This document shows positions 34,001-45,300 of a stretch of 64,000 bases of DNA, piece after piece. The position numbers were made by a program, and so were the translations under genes. The stretch's first letter is position 1. Every line of letters begins with the position of its first letter. The notes below the pieces were generated by a model. That model was not told where the DNA came from. It saw only the letters and a program-made list of their open reading frames with translations, and made no database searches. Location of the stretch: positions 2,583 through 66,582 of the forward strand of contig JAQGDQ010001059.1 in the NCBI GenBank assembly GCA_030141605.1, given 5' to 3'. Origin of the DNA: Tubiluchus corallicola. Taxonomy: Eukaryota; Animalia; Priapulida.

Positions 34001-36392
34001 TTGTTGGCATGGCTTCGCTGCTTTGACCGTCAGAAGATTGTTGCGCTTGCTCAGTACCACTTGGTCCCGGAACCTGCTGTGGATTAGACTGTAATTCGTC
34101 GCTCGACACTTTGTACTGCATCTCCCTAACAACATTCACAACTTGGTTTGTATCTCTTGGCAACAAGCCGTCGTTTTCCACAAAAATGATAGCAGGATCT
34201 ATCGACATTTTGGTGGTCATTACAGCTTGATCTAATAGATCACAAGTGGGTGAGAGATAGTCTTCCGTGACGCTGAGCTTTCCCGACTGACGCGAATAGA
34301 CGGTTTCCGTTGATTCTCCAGTAACTTCCGATTCACTAAGGGCAATCATGATGTCATTAACGATGCTTCCGACACACTGCGATATAAATTCGCCTCGCCG
34401 CGGTGAGCCGACTATATCACTAGCCGGAACGTAGTCACACATGAGACAGGTGCAACCCGGTTTATAGGAATGATTCAGTTTGGCTTGAGTACTAGTCCCA
34501 CTCTTCCGTGGAGACGGCTTACGCGATTCTCTGACAGGCCTCTTCTGCTTCTTCTTTGCCGGCGTCTCCTCGACGCTTGACTTCATGATCTGTTCGAACG
34601 TGTTTCTATCCTCGATGCTTAAGACTTGGTCGAGCGGAAAGATCTTGTTCAATGTCTCAAAGATATTCACCGGTAAATTCACCAAGACTTTTTCTGGCGT
34701 CTCATTCTCTGAGCCACTTGGCTTCTTCTTCCTCGGTTGCTTTGGCTTCTTCATCGGCTTCTCCGTCTTGGGAGTCGATTCCTGCTCTCGCAAGACGTTT
34801 GCCGAAGAAGAGTTGAAAACGTTGCCAACGTGATCCGAATCGCCATTCAACGGCTGGTGATTGGTGAAACCGTTACGACTGCCTTTCTTGTTGGTTTTTG
34901 TGTGTCTCGCTTGAGACGGCCCCGTCTTATTTTGTGACTTTCTCATTACCGGTGGGTTACCGCCACTGAAGGTTCTGCCTGTAGAATCAACCAGATGATT
35001 TGACAACATATCGAATATGTTACTGTTGTCCTCGCTTCTTGCGTCCAACTGATTAGCTGATGAAACCATTGTCTGCCTACTGTGACTGTTCACGTTTCTC
35101 CCGTCATTTCCCGGTCGAAAAAACAGATCTGCCACGGGCGGCAACTGATTACTAGAAACGGATTGTGAATATACCATGTTTGCCGGACGTGTATAAACGG
35201 GTGGAAATGGGGCAGAACTTGGGATGCTCTCCTGCTGCTGTTGTTGTTGCTGAAAAACTGCTGCCGCCTCTTGAGTGTGAGGTGACGGGTACAAAGGAGA
35301 AGATGACAACACGTTGTTTGATTGACTCAATGAACTGTTAGGCACAGAAGAGCTAGGTTGCAGATGAAACTGAGTGTTAGCGTCTGGTGCAAAAGTGTGA
35401 CCATTAGTCCGGTATAACAAGTGCTTAGCCAATTGCGAGTCGCCTCTTCCGGTCAATAATGGCTGCCCCGTTGTCGATGATTCCGTAAAAAATCGTGCTC
35501 CATCTGCTGCTGTCCGAAACTGCTGCTGGCGCTGTTGATGTGCCACACCCTCGGGAATGTGCCTAGTTTGTGTTGGCACAGCTACTGTCACATCAGCACT
35601 GGATGTCCCTATCTGTCCATTAACGGCATTCGATATCGGCAAGCTAAGTACGAGCACAGGGGAGTTTGTAGCCGCTCTTAGCTGCTCGGGCTGCGTTTCT
35701 CCCATGGAAGAATATGCGTTTAATTGAAATGCGTTATTATTAGGCATGCTTGCAGGTGTCACGACGCGGTTGTTAACAAAATATTCAGAATTGGGTTGTG
35801 CGGAGCTGGTAAACGGCAGATGGACAGACGTCTGCTGTGACCCTGCCTGACCTCGACTGGTGGGATACCGCACACGCTCTTGTCCAGGGATAACATACTG
35901 TTGTGCCATCTGGTGTGGTGCAGGAGAAACATTCTGGTGTGGCGGCTGTAAAACTACTTGATTTGGCCTACAAGAATTCACGGCAGCGGCAGAAATACTG
36001 ACATTATGAGGAGACAGTCCATCGGCACTGACTTGTCCTAATTGCCCTCGATTCTTCCGCAGCACGGACTGCATCTGAGGGTTCTTTTCTTGCATCATTT
36101 GTTGGTTGAGGGGCGGGGCGACACTACTCGCAAATGTGTACCTGTTCATCTCAGTCGACCTTGCAGGTATTCTCTTGGGAGTTTCTCTAGCCTGGACGAC
36201 AGCCTTTGCGGTCATGGCGTGAATACTGGCAAGATTATCTTTAACCATTTTTTCCTCCGTGTCTTGAACAGCTTCTCGATGCCCGTTTTGGTTGCCGGAT
36301 GCAGAGGACAATGTGGCGGCGGAGCTCGGTGCCTTCAAGTGCTTCTTTCTCTGCTTCTCGACTCCATCAATTGATCCTTTGGGTTTCTTGTG
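28035..36392 (-). CDS. Giant terminal coding exon (8358 nt) of the ZNF292/RLF-like gene
   Basis: Uninterrupted 2788-aa ORF; acceptor TTTTGTTTCAG|; Q-rich, acidic and basic blocks; two KRGRPKKEI motifs. Confidence 0.93.
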   Translation of the reverse strand, partial: HKKPKGSIDGVEKQRKKHLKAPSSAATLSSASGNQNGHREAVQDTEEKMVKDNLASIHAMTAKAVVQARETPKRIPARSTEMNRYTFASSVAPPLNQQMMQEKNPQMQSVLRKNRGQLGQVSADGLSPHNVSISAAAVNSCRPNQVVLQPPHQNVSPAPHQMAQQYVIPGQERVRYPTSRGQAGSQQTSVHLPFTSSAQPNSEYFVNNRVVTPASMPNNNAFQLNAYSSMGETQPEQLRAATNSPVLVLSLPISNAVNGQIGTSSADVTVAVPTQTRHIPEGVAHQQRQQQFRTAADGARFFTESSTTGQPLLTGRGDSQLAKHLLYRTNGHTFAPDANTQFHLQPSSSVPNSSLSQSNNVLSSSPLYPSPHTQEAAAVFQQQQQQQESIPSSAPFPPVYTRPANMVYSQSVSSNQLPPVADLFFRPGNDGRNVNSHSRQTMVSSANQLDARSEDNSNIFDMLSNHLVDSTGRTFSGGNPPVMRKSQNKTGPSQARHTKTNKKGSRNGFTNHQPLNGDSDHVGNVFNSSSANVLREQESTPKTEKPMKKPKQPRKKKPSGSENETPEKVLVNLPVNIFETLNKIFPLDQVLSIEDRNTFEQIMKSSVEETPAKKKQKRPVRESRKPSPRKSGTSTQAKLNHSYKPGCTCLMCDYVPASDIVGSPRRGEFISQCVGSIVNDIMIALSESEVTGESTETVYSRQSGKLSVTEDYLSPTCDLLDQAVMTTKMSIDPAIIFVENDGLLPRDTNQVVNVVREMQYKVSSDELQSNPQQVPGPSGTEQAQQSSDGQSSEAMPTTRHGEMSIRPDVEVRKAEQDLPNPDNQAGIVLETQQQGSLQTFRDVFPGNGNNMDVYEKNADHHIDPTEKTDTHTDPGNPDTRQAEELVQIQPDGQQCTDIPLLVREIPLPEPRTSEDLPNVELAERHHHTGASVLEAESPNATQDIEMSSNANTKTCEESLEKHVSEMPPLSEKPALAGVQEYSSPGHEMEAETAAPEEDEVRTMTENTLSTDHPTDVLSLRKAELITEDSKNASRLSSANNVCEISKDSTATPAEEENYVPTMGPSTLLIDHPTNVLADKHSRSEAQDFHVQLPVKCADSMPLSRAQRIGQPAAVSMTADDQEIPADTQFAEKDAPSTELASETIEKGQEVEEVEKQSGVTLDTLAPERLEEHSEKGLKGTDEWEEVGTSVPEKWTPATSLVEQQCSDGGLKEAGELEEENPKVVEHIWDDGLPTDHKQQLEDDKDAEEKPVGDNDVAEKVEEIHTSISTSEQEHAVYAEHQGDSDSGSFKEPSTGDSESEDFEAANSRILSSEPEYQQEVEKEADSIERQELTEEVPDNESLTIPESLETSSNISQENEDGDQHNDENSGNILGNPRPDLAEASCRITEIPSGNEAIATGVTHSQEHDIGSEIIEHLQKDAEENSEDSESFKEPSEDESDFEDDMSQEAAEHVAQICDEPENIDHGNDEEVDEQATVQESPDHNIVGQYDIEKQSECVSIQPDVLETELLGEHTESKKSPIISDKEVHNNQEVEVSAPHGYREDIMLKELFTEQPADNIMANEEEIPVVKAENENNDYKPAGIPPMTHWQRETIPMEGQWTREEIATQDIVDVGDPLQILRQAEQSEQQTASANNARDLNQMLEQELLSNATEESESQSESIASVGEKISPVPPLFERMKAEFGDDIVVPVVSTKTGSALSVPESEYVQVESAVVQSTQAKQSEEDMLAELVKQTICQEGQNLGAALPGFASIQVSEAGLHAPGPVSSPRGTVKILKPSAIEIEPGKITAAEAVLSAMAKATSSEDVSVTADSVATATAIQEEGAPAEASSAKIKDIFPGSGQTVRRKPIWASQGSEEEKKAPVQTPVERLLGKSVPSSKPQGGKQPFVLKLSKDDYMKLKSKAIVLQGDPKTGMLKLVPGDTAAAVKPAPAATARTISGESDTSGKETDAEVQPQTNEGAQKSDTEQGAAAVLHEVSTDEETGSPVRYTMQRMKGMMMRYTPMQSGGRYKIFKSKEKDRPSQEESSATGTSQQNLIVIPEAKAKQIGLGGLAYMSDSKTKAVPAHASSSLKLMLPKDPAKFGRVGGDSPSPTELPEHTEQFITVGTPGKRRPTGWQKAMITSPERQRRKEVILLENSATKRPSKMSNVTGKDGDEKLPPKKRRTSKNVDNAGVSGESADVNKEGARKETKRQKIKVEDKKTTTVIKNRGKKRTAEATVQHIKSEAAQRMSDEDIPRKRLSLPEEVLQEDLPEIHKRSYSATGIGYDYEKPKLRERTVLSYKPVGGILKKSPGLSSESAPSSDKKVRFQEAVATRPRTPSPNKPSKDAAMKVKQENVGSAKITSYKTKTSVKKQAKTVEYLAQLKRVTDRGEGEAFKSPPKSETEEATEPQSKPMPNGRRKKVVRKLRVEEQGERISSPSKFRESLIQEALEEEAPQEPLPLKLKTLSKKFVPQHIPLETGLKEKVKISYSPRKKKQAGEVIRKRGRPKKEISLDDYVSPPSVKRGRPKKEIELGDYELPSMKETPKVSYSGRKKKPKMPGLPAPNRPRPKSLISHNVIVDFDVGDEDARPREEEYDSFVLDFTLRHRRSSGTQSTEKPEPSISPATFADSRRTENDSKPTEEGDVAEDTGTFRIITHVSDSDSSSGSMPALSESGEDLIQDVDEEVSFNFRRSSPDVLQKEMSGTTPTTSPIKMEGETAVEKPLASDNTVECKAIDTREAEAPVDTDSSGVSGKASEITDPESSKAQSKSSRETSSPQKQSDEDDSGRANIWEMIGAEFGRGKR

Positions 36393-39300
36393 CTGAAACA
36401 AAAAAGAAACTTTATTCCAAAGTACAGGACATATTTATATTTCTACAAACTAAAACTGCAAAAAAAAGAACATGGCATGACTCTATAATAAAATGCACTG
36501 CCATGCGCTATATACAGTCGACCCTCGTTAAACCGGACCCCGTTAGCCCGGATATCGGATAAGACGGACGTCATCCGTGGTAAAGGAAACTGACCGATTT
36601 CCGCCAGAGCCGGAGTGCTAAACACAACACGGCCTACCAACTGTACAATAATTTCTTTATCCTCACAGGTTAACTATTTTAAAGTAATATACAGTATAGT
36701 ATATAGTACAATGTATATAGACCTTATTAAGGTGATTATTCCTGTATAATATAGACCATATATAGGCATATCGGATAAATCGGACCACCCACCCCCCCTA
36801 ATTAGTCCGGTTTAACGAAGGTTGACTGTACTGTCTATAAATAATTAACAATACAGTAACAAAAACTTGAATCGATGACACTATAAAATGTGCGCAACAA
36901 TCATTAATACACGGGTTTGCGCAATAAACTTCCTTTTCAGACATCAGAAAATTCTCCCAGTTATATGTTTAACATATACTTGCATAAAGACATCCCAGAC
37001 ACTTGAGGCAATACACTTTTACCTACTCTAGTACAGTACTCTGATCACCGAAGTTAAGCAACGTAGAGCCTGGTTAGTACTTGGATGGGTGACCGCCTAG
37101 GAATACCAGGTGCTGTAGGCTTGCGGGATGCCCACACTGTATCTTGACACTAGGCGGAAGAGCTGCACAAGCAGCCAACGGCTAAGGGGCGGAGGAGGTC
37201 AAGTGACCCAACAGCCATGTGTAGAGAAATAAACCTTCCAAATCAGGAGTGGAGCCCCGAAGGCGGACCAGTGCAGCATGTTCACTGACTCCGGCAGCTC
37301 CTGCAGCCAACCTGGTGCCAAACGCATCGCTCCGCTTTACTTTGGACTACACCAGGGAGGAAGAGAGGGGGTTCCTGTTGTCTGTGCAACTCAGGATCTC
37401 CATACACCTTGCCCAGGCGTGCGCCCTGGAGATGTTCAAGGAGCGGACTGCTCAGCCACAGTCGACGCTGCAGCTCCATCAATGTGATCAATAACTGACT
37501 CTCTTGGCGCACACTCCATTGTCTTCCGAGACAGAAGGATGCCAACAGCGCACTTCAAACAGTTACGAAATAAGTGGTTTCTGCTCTGTAAGAAAATTTG
37601 TTAGAAAAAATCCAAAATGCTGCCATCTAGCGGACAAAAAGATGACAACCAGCGATTAAACAATGGCCGACAGAAGGGGACTACAATGCTAACCTTCTTC
37701 GGATGCTGCTTCCTAGCTGCAACAATGCTCATTGCTAGCTGACGTTGTATATCATCGGGCAGGATGTCATGCCAACCCTGCTGCTGCTGCTGCTGCCGTT
37801 CTGCATTACCTGCAAAAAAGGAAAATTCATAAAAACGTGAGATGAAATGCAGAACGTATACAGCGAAAATAGCAAGTCAGTTAGAAATACTGTACATAGT
37901 ACGCTAAACACCAAAATAAATCTGCAAACGAACAAAAACTCGTTCCAGTATTTATTACTGCTAATTTTAGTCATAGATACAATGAGAAACATATTAACTA
38001 CGATAGTAAACTACACTAAATAAACTAAAAGTAATATTGAACAACAAAAAATCAGTGCAATAATCACAGTGAAGAAGATAGTTCAAAGCAAATGCTGATC
38101 TAGCAAACCAGAAACAAAACTGACTGAAAATTACTCTGAAGTATATACTTTAGCATCGTAGTTGTATAACAGAAACAAAACGGAACGAACTAGTCATGCA
38201 AAGTGCGTGTCTAAACATGACAGTATTTGAGAATTGTGCAAGTTACAAGTAGCTACCATCCAGAAAAGAAAAATTAACTGGGAAGTCTTCTACCAACACT
38301 CTGCTAAGTTACTAACTATGAATGTTAAGTTATTAACTATGACTGCTAAGTTACTAACTATGACTGCTATAGTTATTAACTATAACTGCTAAGTTATTAA
38401 CTATGACTGCTATAGTTATTAGCTATGACTGCTAAGTTACTAACTATGACTGCTATAGTTATTAACTATAACTGCTAAGTTGTTAATAATGACTGCTATA
38501 GTCATTAACTATAACTGCTAAGTTATTAAATATAACTGCTAAGTTATTAACTATAACTGCTAAGTTACTAACTATGACTGCTATAGTTATTAACTATAAC
38601 TGCTACGTTATTAACTATAACTCCCAAGTTACCAACTATAACTGCTGAGTTATTACTATAACTGCTATGGTACTAACTATAACTGTTAAGTTATTAACTA
38701 TAACTGCTAAGTTATTAACTATGACTGCTGTAGTTATTAACTATACCTGCTAAGTTATTAACTATGACTGCTATAGTTATTAACTATGACTGCTAAGTTA
38801 TTAACCTGCTAAACATATTAACTATGATAGTAAACTATACTAAATAAAGTAAAAGTAACAGTTAACAGCAGAAATTAACTGCATTAACATCAAGCAGAAA
38901 TTAACTGCATTAACGGCAAAGAATAAATTTCTAAGAACATGCTGATCCAGCAAGCCAAAAAGGAAATAGACAGAGAATTACTAAGAAGTGCGTTCACTTT
39001 AACATCATGCTTGTATAATGGAAAACAAAACAGCATGAACTAACCACGCACAGTAACACGACCAAGCTACTAAATTTTGATTAAACAATTTAAACGTCAT
39101 GATACAATGCAATTTGAACATCACGATACAAAGCAATTTGAACATCAGGGACTGGGAAAATATTTCCCGGGAAAGCGATCATTACGAGCAGGATCGTGTT
39201 AACTGTAAAATGGTTTCAAATGCAAAGTCTCGCGAAATTTGTAAGAAAAGAATTCAGTAAGAGAAAAACCACAATCCAACTTTGCTCATTCTTGGATCAT

Positions 39301-42300
39301 GTCACAAATCTGTCGATCAAAATTACAAATAAACTACAACACACTTTAGTACAATTACTTGTAGGAACCCATTAAAACTAATATCGACAATTATTATACA
39401 TTTGTCACAAAACTTCAGAACAGACTTAGAACTGAGCTGTCAAAATTGATCTGAGTTACGTTATTTCACAAAATGGAGATTCCCGTAGGGATAGAGTTCA
39501 TCAGCATTACGCTTGCTTTACATTATTACGGGTTACACTCATATCTCGGTTTGCCGGACGTCGCTTTTACGGATTTCGGAAGAATCGAACAAAATCTGGT
39601 CCGTAATAAAGTCCCACATACCATGGACCGCAAGTTGACAGCTAGTTGGCGGGCCTTCACTTTGTTTACATCACGTACATCAGTGTAACCACGTGTATAT
39701 CTCTGTGTATAGAAATATAGAATCAATTGTACGGAGTTATTTGAGTCAATTGCCGACAGTTTTTATATACTTTTGCATAGGAGGGGCCCGTACTAGACGT
39801 TTTTGCGACAATTAGGCAATTGATTCAACATTATCGTGAGTCTCATACACGACGCCTACTGTATTAGCTTAGTGTCGGTAAATGCAGATGATCGCCAAAA
39901 TCGGACCGGTACCCCCCCCCCCGCTTTTGTCCAGCAAACCGAAATATGAAAGTATTTTGCGAAACAATAATATGCAATTGAATTATAATGAATCCTGATC
40001 TTAAGACTCTGAAACTGAGTAAAATGGTTAGGAAGGTCTTGGTTGCCTACAGTCCGTGTATCTCGTAACTCAGATACATTTTTAAACAACTAAGCCACCT
40101 GTCGAAAGTCTGAGGTGGGGAGAATGATTAGGAAACGTTTCCCGGAGCAGGGCTATTACCTGATGCAGAAGATGCGTTTGCAATGGCTTCGCTTCGTAGC
40201 TCCACCTCTACTTTCATTTTCGCAACTTGGCTTCTAATGTGAGGTGCAAGATGGGCCGGAAACGTCTGAATCTTGACCTTGGTGGTTATGGCCGGGTTTG
40301 GGTCGACGGAGGTGGGCTTCACGGCATTCTTTGCCTCCTCCTCAGCCGCCTCCTTCTCCTGCTTCTCCGCAACAGCCAGATATTGGTAACATACGTCCTT
40401 CAGCTCCGACCACGGCAACAGCGGATCGACCACGCTAGGTCGCAGGCTGTAAAAGAGGGTCACCAAATCGTTGATCACCGTCTCGGTCAGCCTGGGGTGA
40501 GAAAGGCGCGGCACCTTCGGAAACTTCGGCGGCTTATACGACGGGTCCCCTTTGTTCACGTAAACTTCCTTGTCGACTTCCACCCAAACTTGTTCCTTCT
40601 TGACCTTGGTGGATTTCTGTCGCGACCTTGCCAAATTCTTCAGGCCGACTTCTTCGTTCGATTCTTCGGAATCTGAAGGTTCCTTGAACCAACCGGACCT
40701 GACCGAGCCCTTCTGTCTCAACTTGCTAGAATAACACTCCTCCTCTACGCCGCTATCAGAATCCGGAAGCTTCTCGATCCGTTCCTTTCGCGGGCGCCCC
40801 CTGGGTCTCTTCCTCTTCTTTTTCGGCGATCCAGACAGGAACTCGTTGAACGCATCTTCAAGTTCAGGGTCGTCCTTATGAGATGGGGAACCGTCCTGCC
40901 TGCTCTTCTCGACGCTGCTGCGCGTCACTCGACGAACCACGGAGCCCATGTCCTTCAGCGATTCTGTCGAAGCCTTCTTGCAGTTGGCTCCCATGCAAGC
41001 GGGCTTCTTAAGGGTGGCGTTCTTGTTGCCTTCATCGTCTTTCTGACCGGAACTAGCTGGCTTCGCCGGAACATCCGGAGAAGCCTCCACACTTTCGCTC
41101 TGCTCGGACGCTTCCACTTTGATCTCGATGTCCGCATTTTCGTACAGCGCCTTTATGGTCTCGATGCGCGACCTCGACGGACTGACGAAGAACGCGGTGA
41201 GAGCGCACTGCCGGGCGAGAGCCGGGTTATCGGAAAACAAGTTGGCTAAAAAGTTGAAGACGAACGAAATGCGATCTTGCAGGTCGCGGATGTCTCTCCT
41301 GTTGTTTTCGCTGCGAGCGGTATTGTAAGCATTCATGTCCATGGTAAGCCCTCGAATACATAACTCCAGCAGTAAGTTCAGAGTGTCCTTGTGTCCAAAC
41401 TGAAAAAAAGAGGCAGATAAAATATTAACATCTAATTCAATTAAAAAAGTATCAAAATGGGTAATAAAAACTGTAGTGTGAGATTATAAATACAGAATGT
41501 AATTAAATTTTGATATCAAACTTGCATGTGCAAAACTTGGAATGCACACTGGATTTGAACCAGCGACCTTCTATTTATATTAGGCCACTAGGCCACCACA
41601 TATTCCAGTGGTCAAGGTAGTCTAAAGTTCACCCCTCATAGCAGGCTAACTAACAGTGATTTTCTCAAGATTATGTTTCTCAGTACGCAGCCTGCACCTC
41701 AACTTCAACGTGGATTATCTCAGCTTAGAAATAACATAGAGCGATGAACTTGGGTATCAAAATGATCCTGATGAAATGGAGATTCAGGATATGCGAATAG
41801 CTAGAAAAACTTAATTGCCGACTTATGGATGATTTTGCTACGCAAGCACACACATGTTCAACTAAGAATGAATGAAAAGACACTATGGAAGTAACTATGC
41901 AAGCATGCAAGCACAATATAGCAGCGCACATCCGAAGTCGCCATTACATGACGTCATGTACAAAACGTAAATGAAGGAAGAGAAAGCCAATGTTAAATTA
42001 TGTCTCAAAAAACTTTCCGTGCAAATCTATGTTACTTAGATTTTCGCTTCCTACTAGAAAGACTTAGGTAACTAGAAAAGAAAATTATTAATTATTTAAA
42101 ATGTTTTCACCAATTGGTAAAATGCCACTGAGTCACCTCCAGGGGGCACCACTCACTAACCAAAAAACGTATTTTTAATCTTATTGGCAAGATACAGTAC
42201 TTTTAAATTTTATTTAGCTAGTGACTTGTGCACTACGAATGCTCTGATTATTTTTTCAAACTTTACAAAATGTTATCAAAACTTATTTCAAATGACCTGT

Positions 42301-45300
42301 CGTGAAAATGGCTGCGTCTAACGGTCATCGCTGGAGTTTAAATTTACATGTTTTATACAGCGTGACTGCCGATTGAAATCCTGCACGTAAAAAGGCAGTA
42401 TGTAAGCGATATAAAATTTCAAAACGAATTTTTCAAGCTTTATGCAAGTGGAGGGTTTTCTTGTACTTTAAGGCAAAGAGAAAAAGTTTGATTAGTGCCA
42501 GTATTTCTTTATTTTTTTTAACATTCATGTAAAACCTGCACGAATCTAACTAAATTCACAGTAATGAGCATGGGCACAAATATTTAGGAGAACAGATTTA
42601 GGTGTTCCGGCACTGTATCTCATCAACGTATCTGAAAACAAGAGGCAGTTACTTTAGAAAACCTGAAAATTCTGGATCGTTCCGAGAGCAAACACTCACC
42701 CGTCTGTATATGACGTCCGTGAAATGATAAAGATGCATGCTGCATTGGGAGGGCATGCTCATCTTTGTCACACTCATGATGAACTTCTCCAAACTCCCGT
42801 CCACCTGATGCTGTATATGGCACCATAGCTCTATTAACCCCTGCAAAGTTAGAAATTATCAAATGCACCTGCAGATGGCAGCAGCATAGCTGTGCTAAGA
42901 AGGACACCAGAACTGCATCAACCAATGTAAAGTTTGTGCAGAATTAAACATTAATTCAAAATCACTTGTAAATAAGCTGAGAAAATTTATTAAATATGTA
43001 GACAGATGGCAGCAGCTTAGCTGTGCTAAGAAGGACACCACAACTGCATCAACCAATGTAAAAGTTGATGGAGAATTAAACACTAATTCAAATTCACTTG
43101 TAAATAACCTGACAAAATTTATTAAATATGCAGACAGATGGCAGCAGCATAGCTGTGCTAAGAAGGACACCACAACTGCATCAATGTAAAGTTTACGGAG
43201 AATTAAACACTAATTCAAAATCACTTGTAAATAACTTAATATGCAGACAGATGGCAGCAGCATAGCTGTGCTAACAAGGACACCACAACTGCATCAATGT
43301 AAAGTTTATGGAGAATTAAACACTAATTCAAAATCACTTGTAAATAAGCTGACAAATTTTATTAAATATGTAGATAGATGGCAGCAGCTTAGCTGTGCTA
43401 AGAAAGGCACCGTAACTGCATCAATGTAAAGTTTACGGAGAATTAAACACTAATTCAAAATCACTTGTAAATAACCTGACAGAACTCATTAAATATGCAG
43501 ACAGATGGCAGCAGCATAGCTGTGCTAAGAAGGACACCACAACTGCATCAATGTAAAGTTTACGGAGAATTAAACACTAATTCAAAATCACTTGTAAATA
43601 ACTTAATATGCAGACAGATGGCAGCAGCATAGCTGTGCTAACAAGGACACCACAACTGCATCAATGTAAAGTTTATGGAGAATTAAACACTAATTCAAAA
43701 TCACTTGTAAATAAGCTGACAAATTTTATTAAATATGTAGATAGATGGCAGCAGCTTAGCTGTGCTAAGAAAGGCACCGTAACTGCATCAATGTAAAGTT
43801 TACGGAGAATTAAACACTAATTCAAAATCACTTGTAAATAACCTGACAGAACTCATTAAATATGCAGACAGATGGCAGCAGCATAGCTGTGCTAAGAAGG
43901 ACACCACAACTGCATCAATGTAAAGTTTACGGAGAATTAAACACTAATTCAAAATCACTTGTAAATAAGCTGACGAAACTTATCAAATATGTAGACAGAT
44001 GGCAGCAGCTTAGCTATAATATAACAAACGGCGAATGCAAATATTCGCTTAACGATTTATAAGGAAAAAATCTTTTCGCTTGCTCTTTTTACATTTTTTA
44101 ATATTTATTTTTTATAAATACCATTAATTAAAGTTTTTGAATGAATTTAAAATTTCCCACGGAATTTAAATACACTAATCATAACCCCTATCCTTAATCC
44201 AGAAGAAACCCTAACCCAAATCTGCTTCATAAACTGATTTCTTGCGTGTGGACAGCCGTAAATTTTAGCCGTAAGTTTTTAGCATAAGCAGAAAGTTTTA
44301 CTAAAAAAATAACACATATTTAACAAGAGGAAAAACATGGAACTGAGGAAATCGTATACTTCTTAGCCCGAAAGTATATATGAAACACATTTGCAGGTTT
44401 AGCAAAAAATTTATCAAATGCACCTGCAGATGGCAGCAGCATACCTTTGTACAACACGTCGGCTCGCGTAGTAAAATGTTCTTAGCAAGAAACAGCTGTG
44501 CGAGTGTAGTGACTTTACTCGAGTAACTCTCCCGTGATTCGCTCAGCAAATTGTACAACAACTGCACGGCGTCGTGGCATTTGATATCCGCAGTCTAAAA
44601 AAACAATGCAGAAATTACCTGCGTGAGCACACTGATTTCTCAAAATACCAGCCTACATCCACTCCAATGAAAGCAAGAAACTAAAAAGGAACGCAGTCAA
44701 ACCTCTTCGTATTTCCCGGTTTGGGAAAGCAAAAAATTGGCACTGAAATGAATCTGACGAGATGCATTAATACAGGGGTGTGCAAATTATCTGACTAGCC
44801 GGGCCACATGCAGTTTGATCAAGGAGCCAAGTACAGTAGGACCTAATAAAGATTTTTTTTGCATCCGATTTGCATATATCATTACTACTACACTCAAGAA
44901 ACTATTTTAGAAGTTATTAAAATTTAAATTAAAAACCATATATTTCGTCATGTCCAGCAGTGACATTAAGTGACAACGGTCTTGTGCGGGTTAATGCCAT
45001 CCGATCTAGAGGAAAAAACTACCCGCACTATCTTTGCGATATTGGCACAGACTTCAGCTGGATCACATGGGCCGCACTTTCGTTACGTTGACAAACCTCT
45101 TCGCGGGCCGCACAAGATCTCTCGGAGGGCCGCAAGTGGCCCACGGGCCGCAGTTTGCACACCCCTGTATTAATACATTTGAGTGTATTTAAGTACAGCC
45201 ATTCTGTTCACGGCCATTTTGTAGATGGTAAAAGAATTTGGCATTATTCAAAATGGAGGGAGTGGCGTATGAAAGCTTGATAGTATAGTAATTAATTTAG

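Noticed and set aside
37040-37122. Functional 5S rRNA gene
   Set aside because: Lacks the first ~38 nt and the oligo-T terminator, and continues into a repeated SINE body
42850-44015. CRISPR-like array (also considered for 1-687 and 10947-11470)
   Set aside because: Whole units repeat with no unique spacers; eukaryotic context and no cas genes
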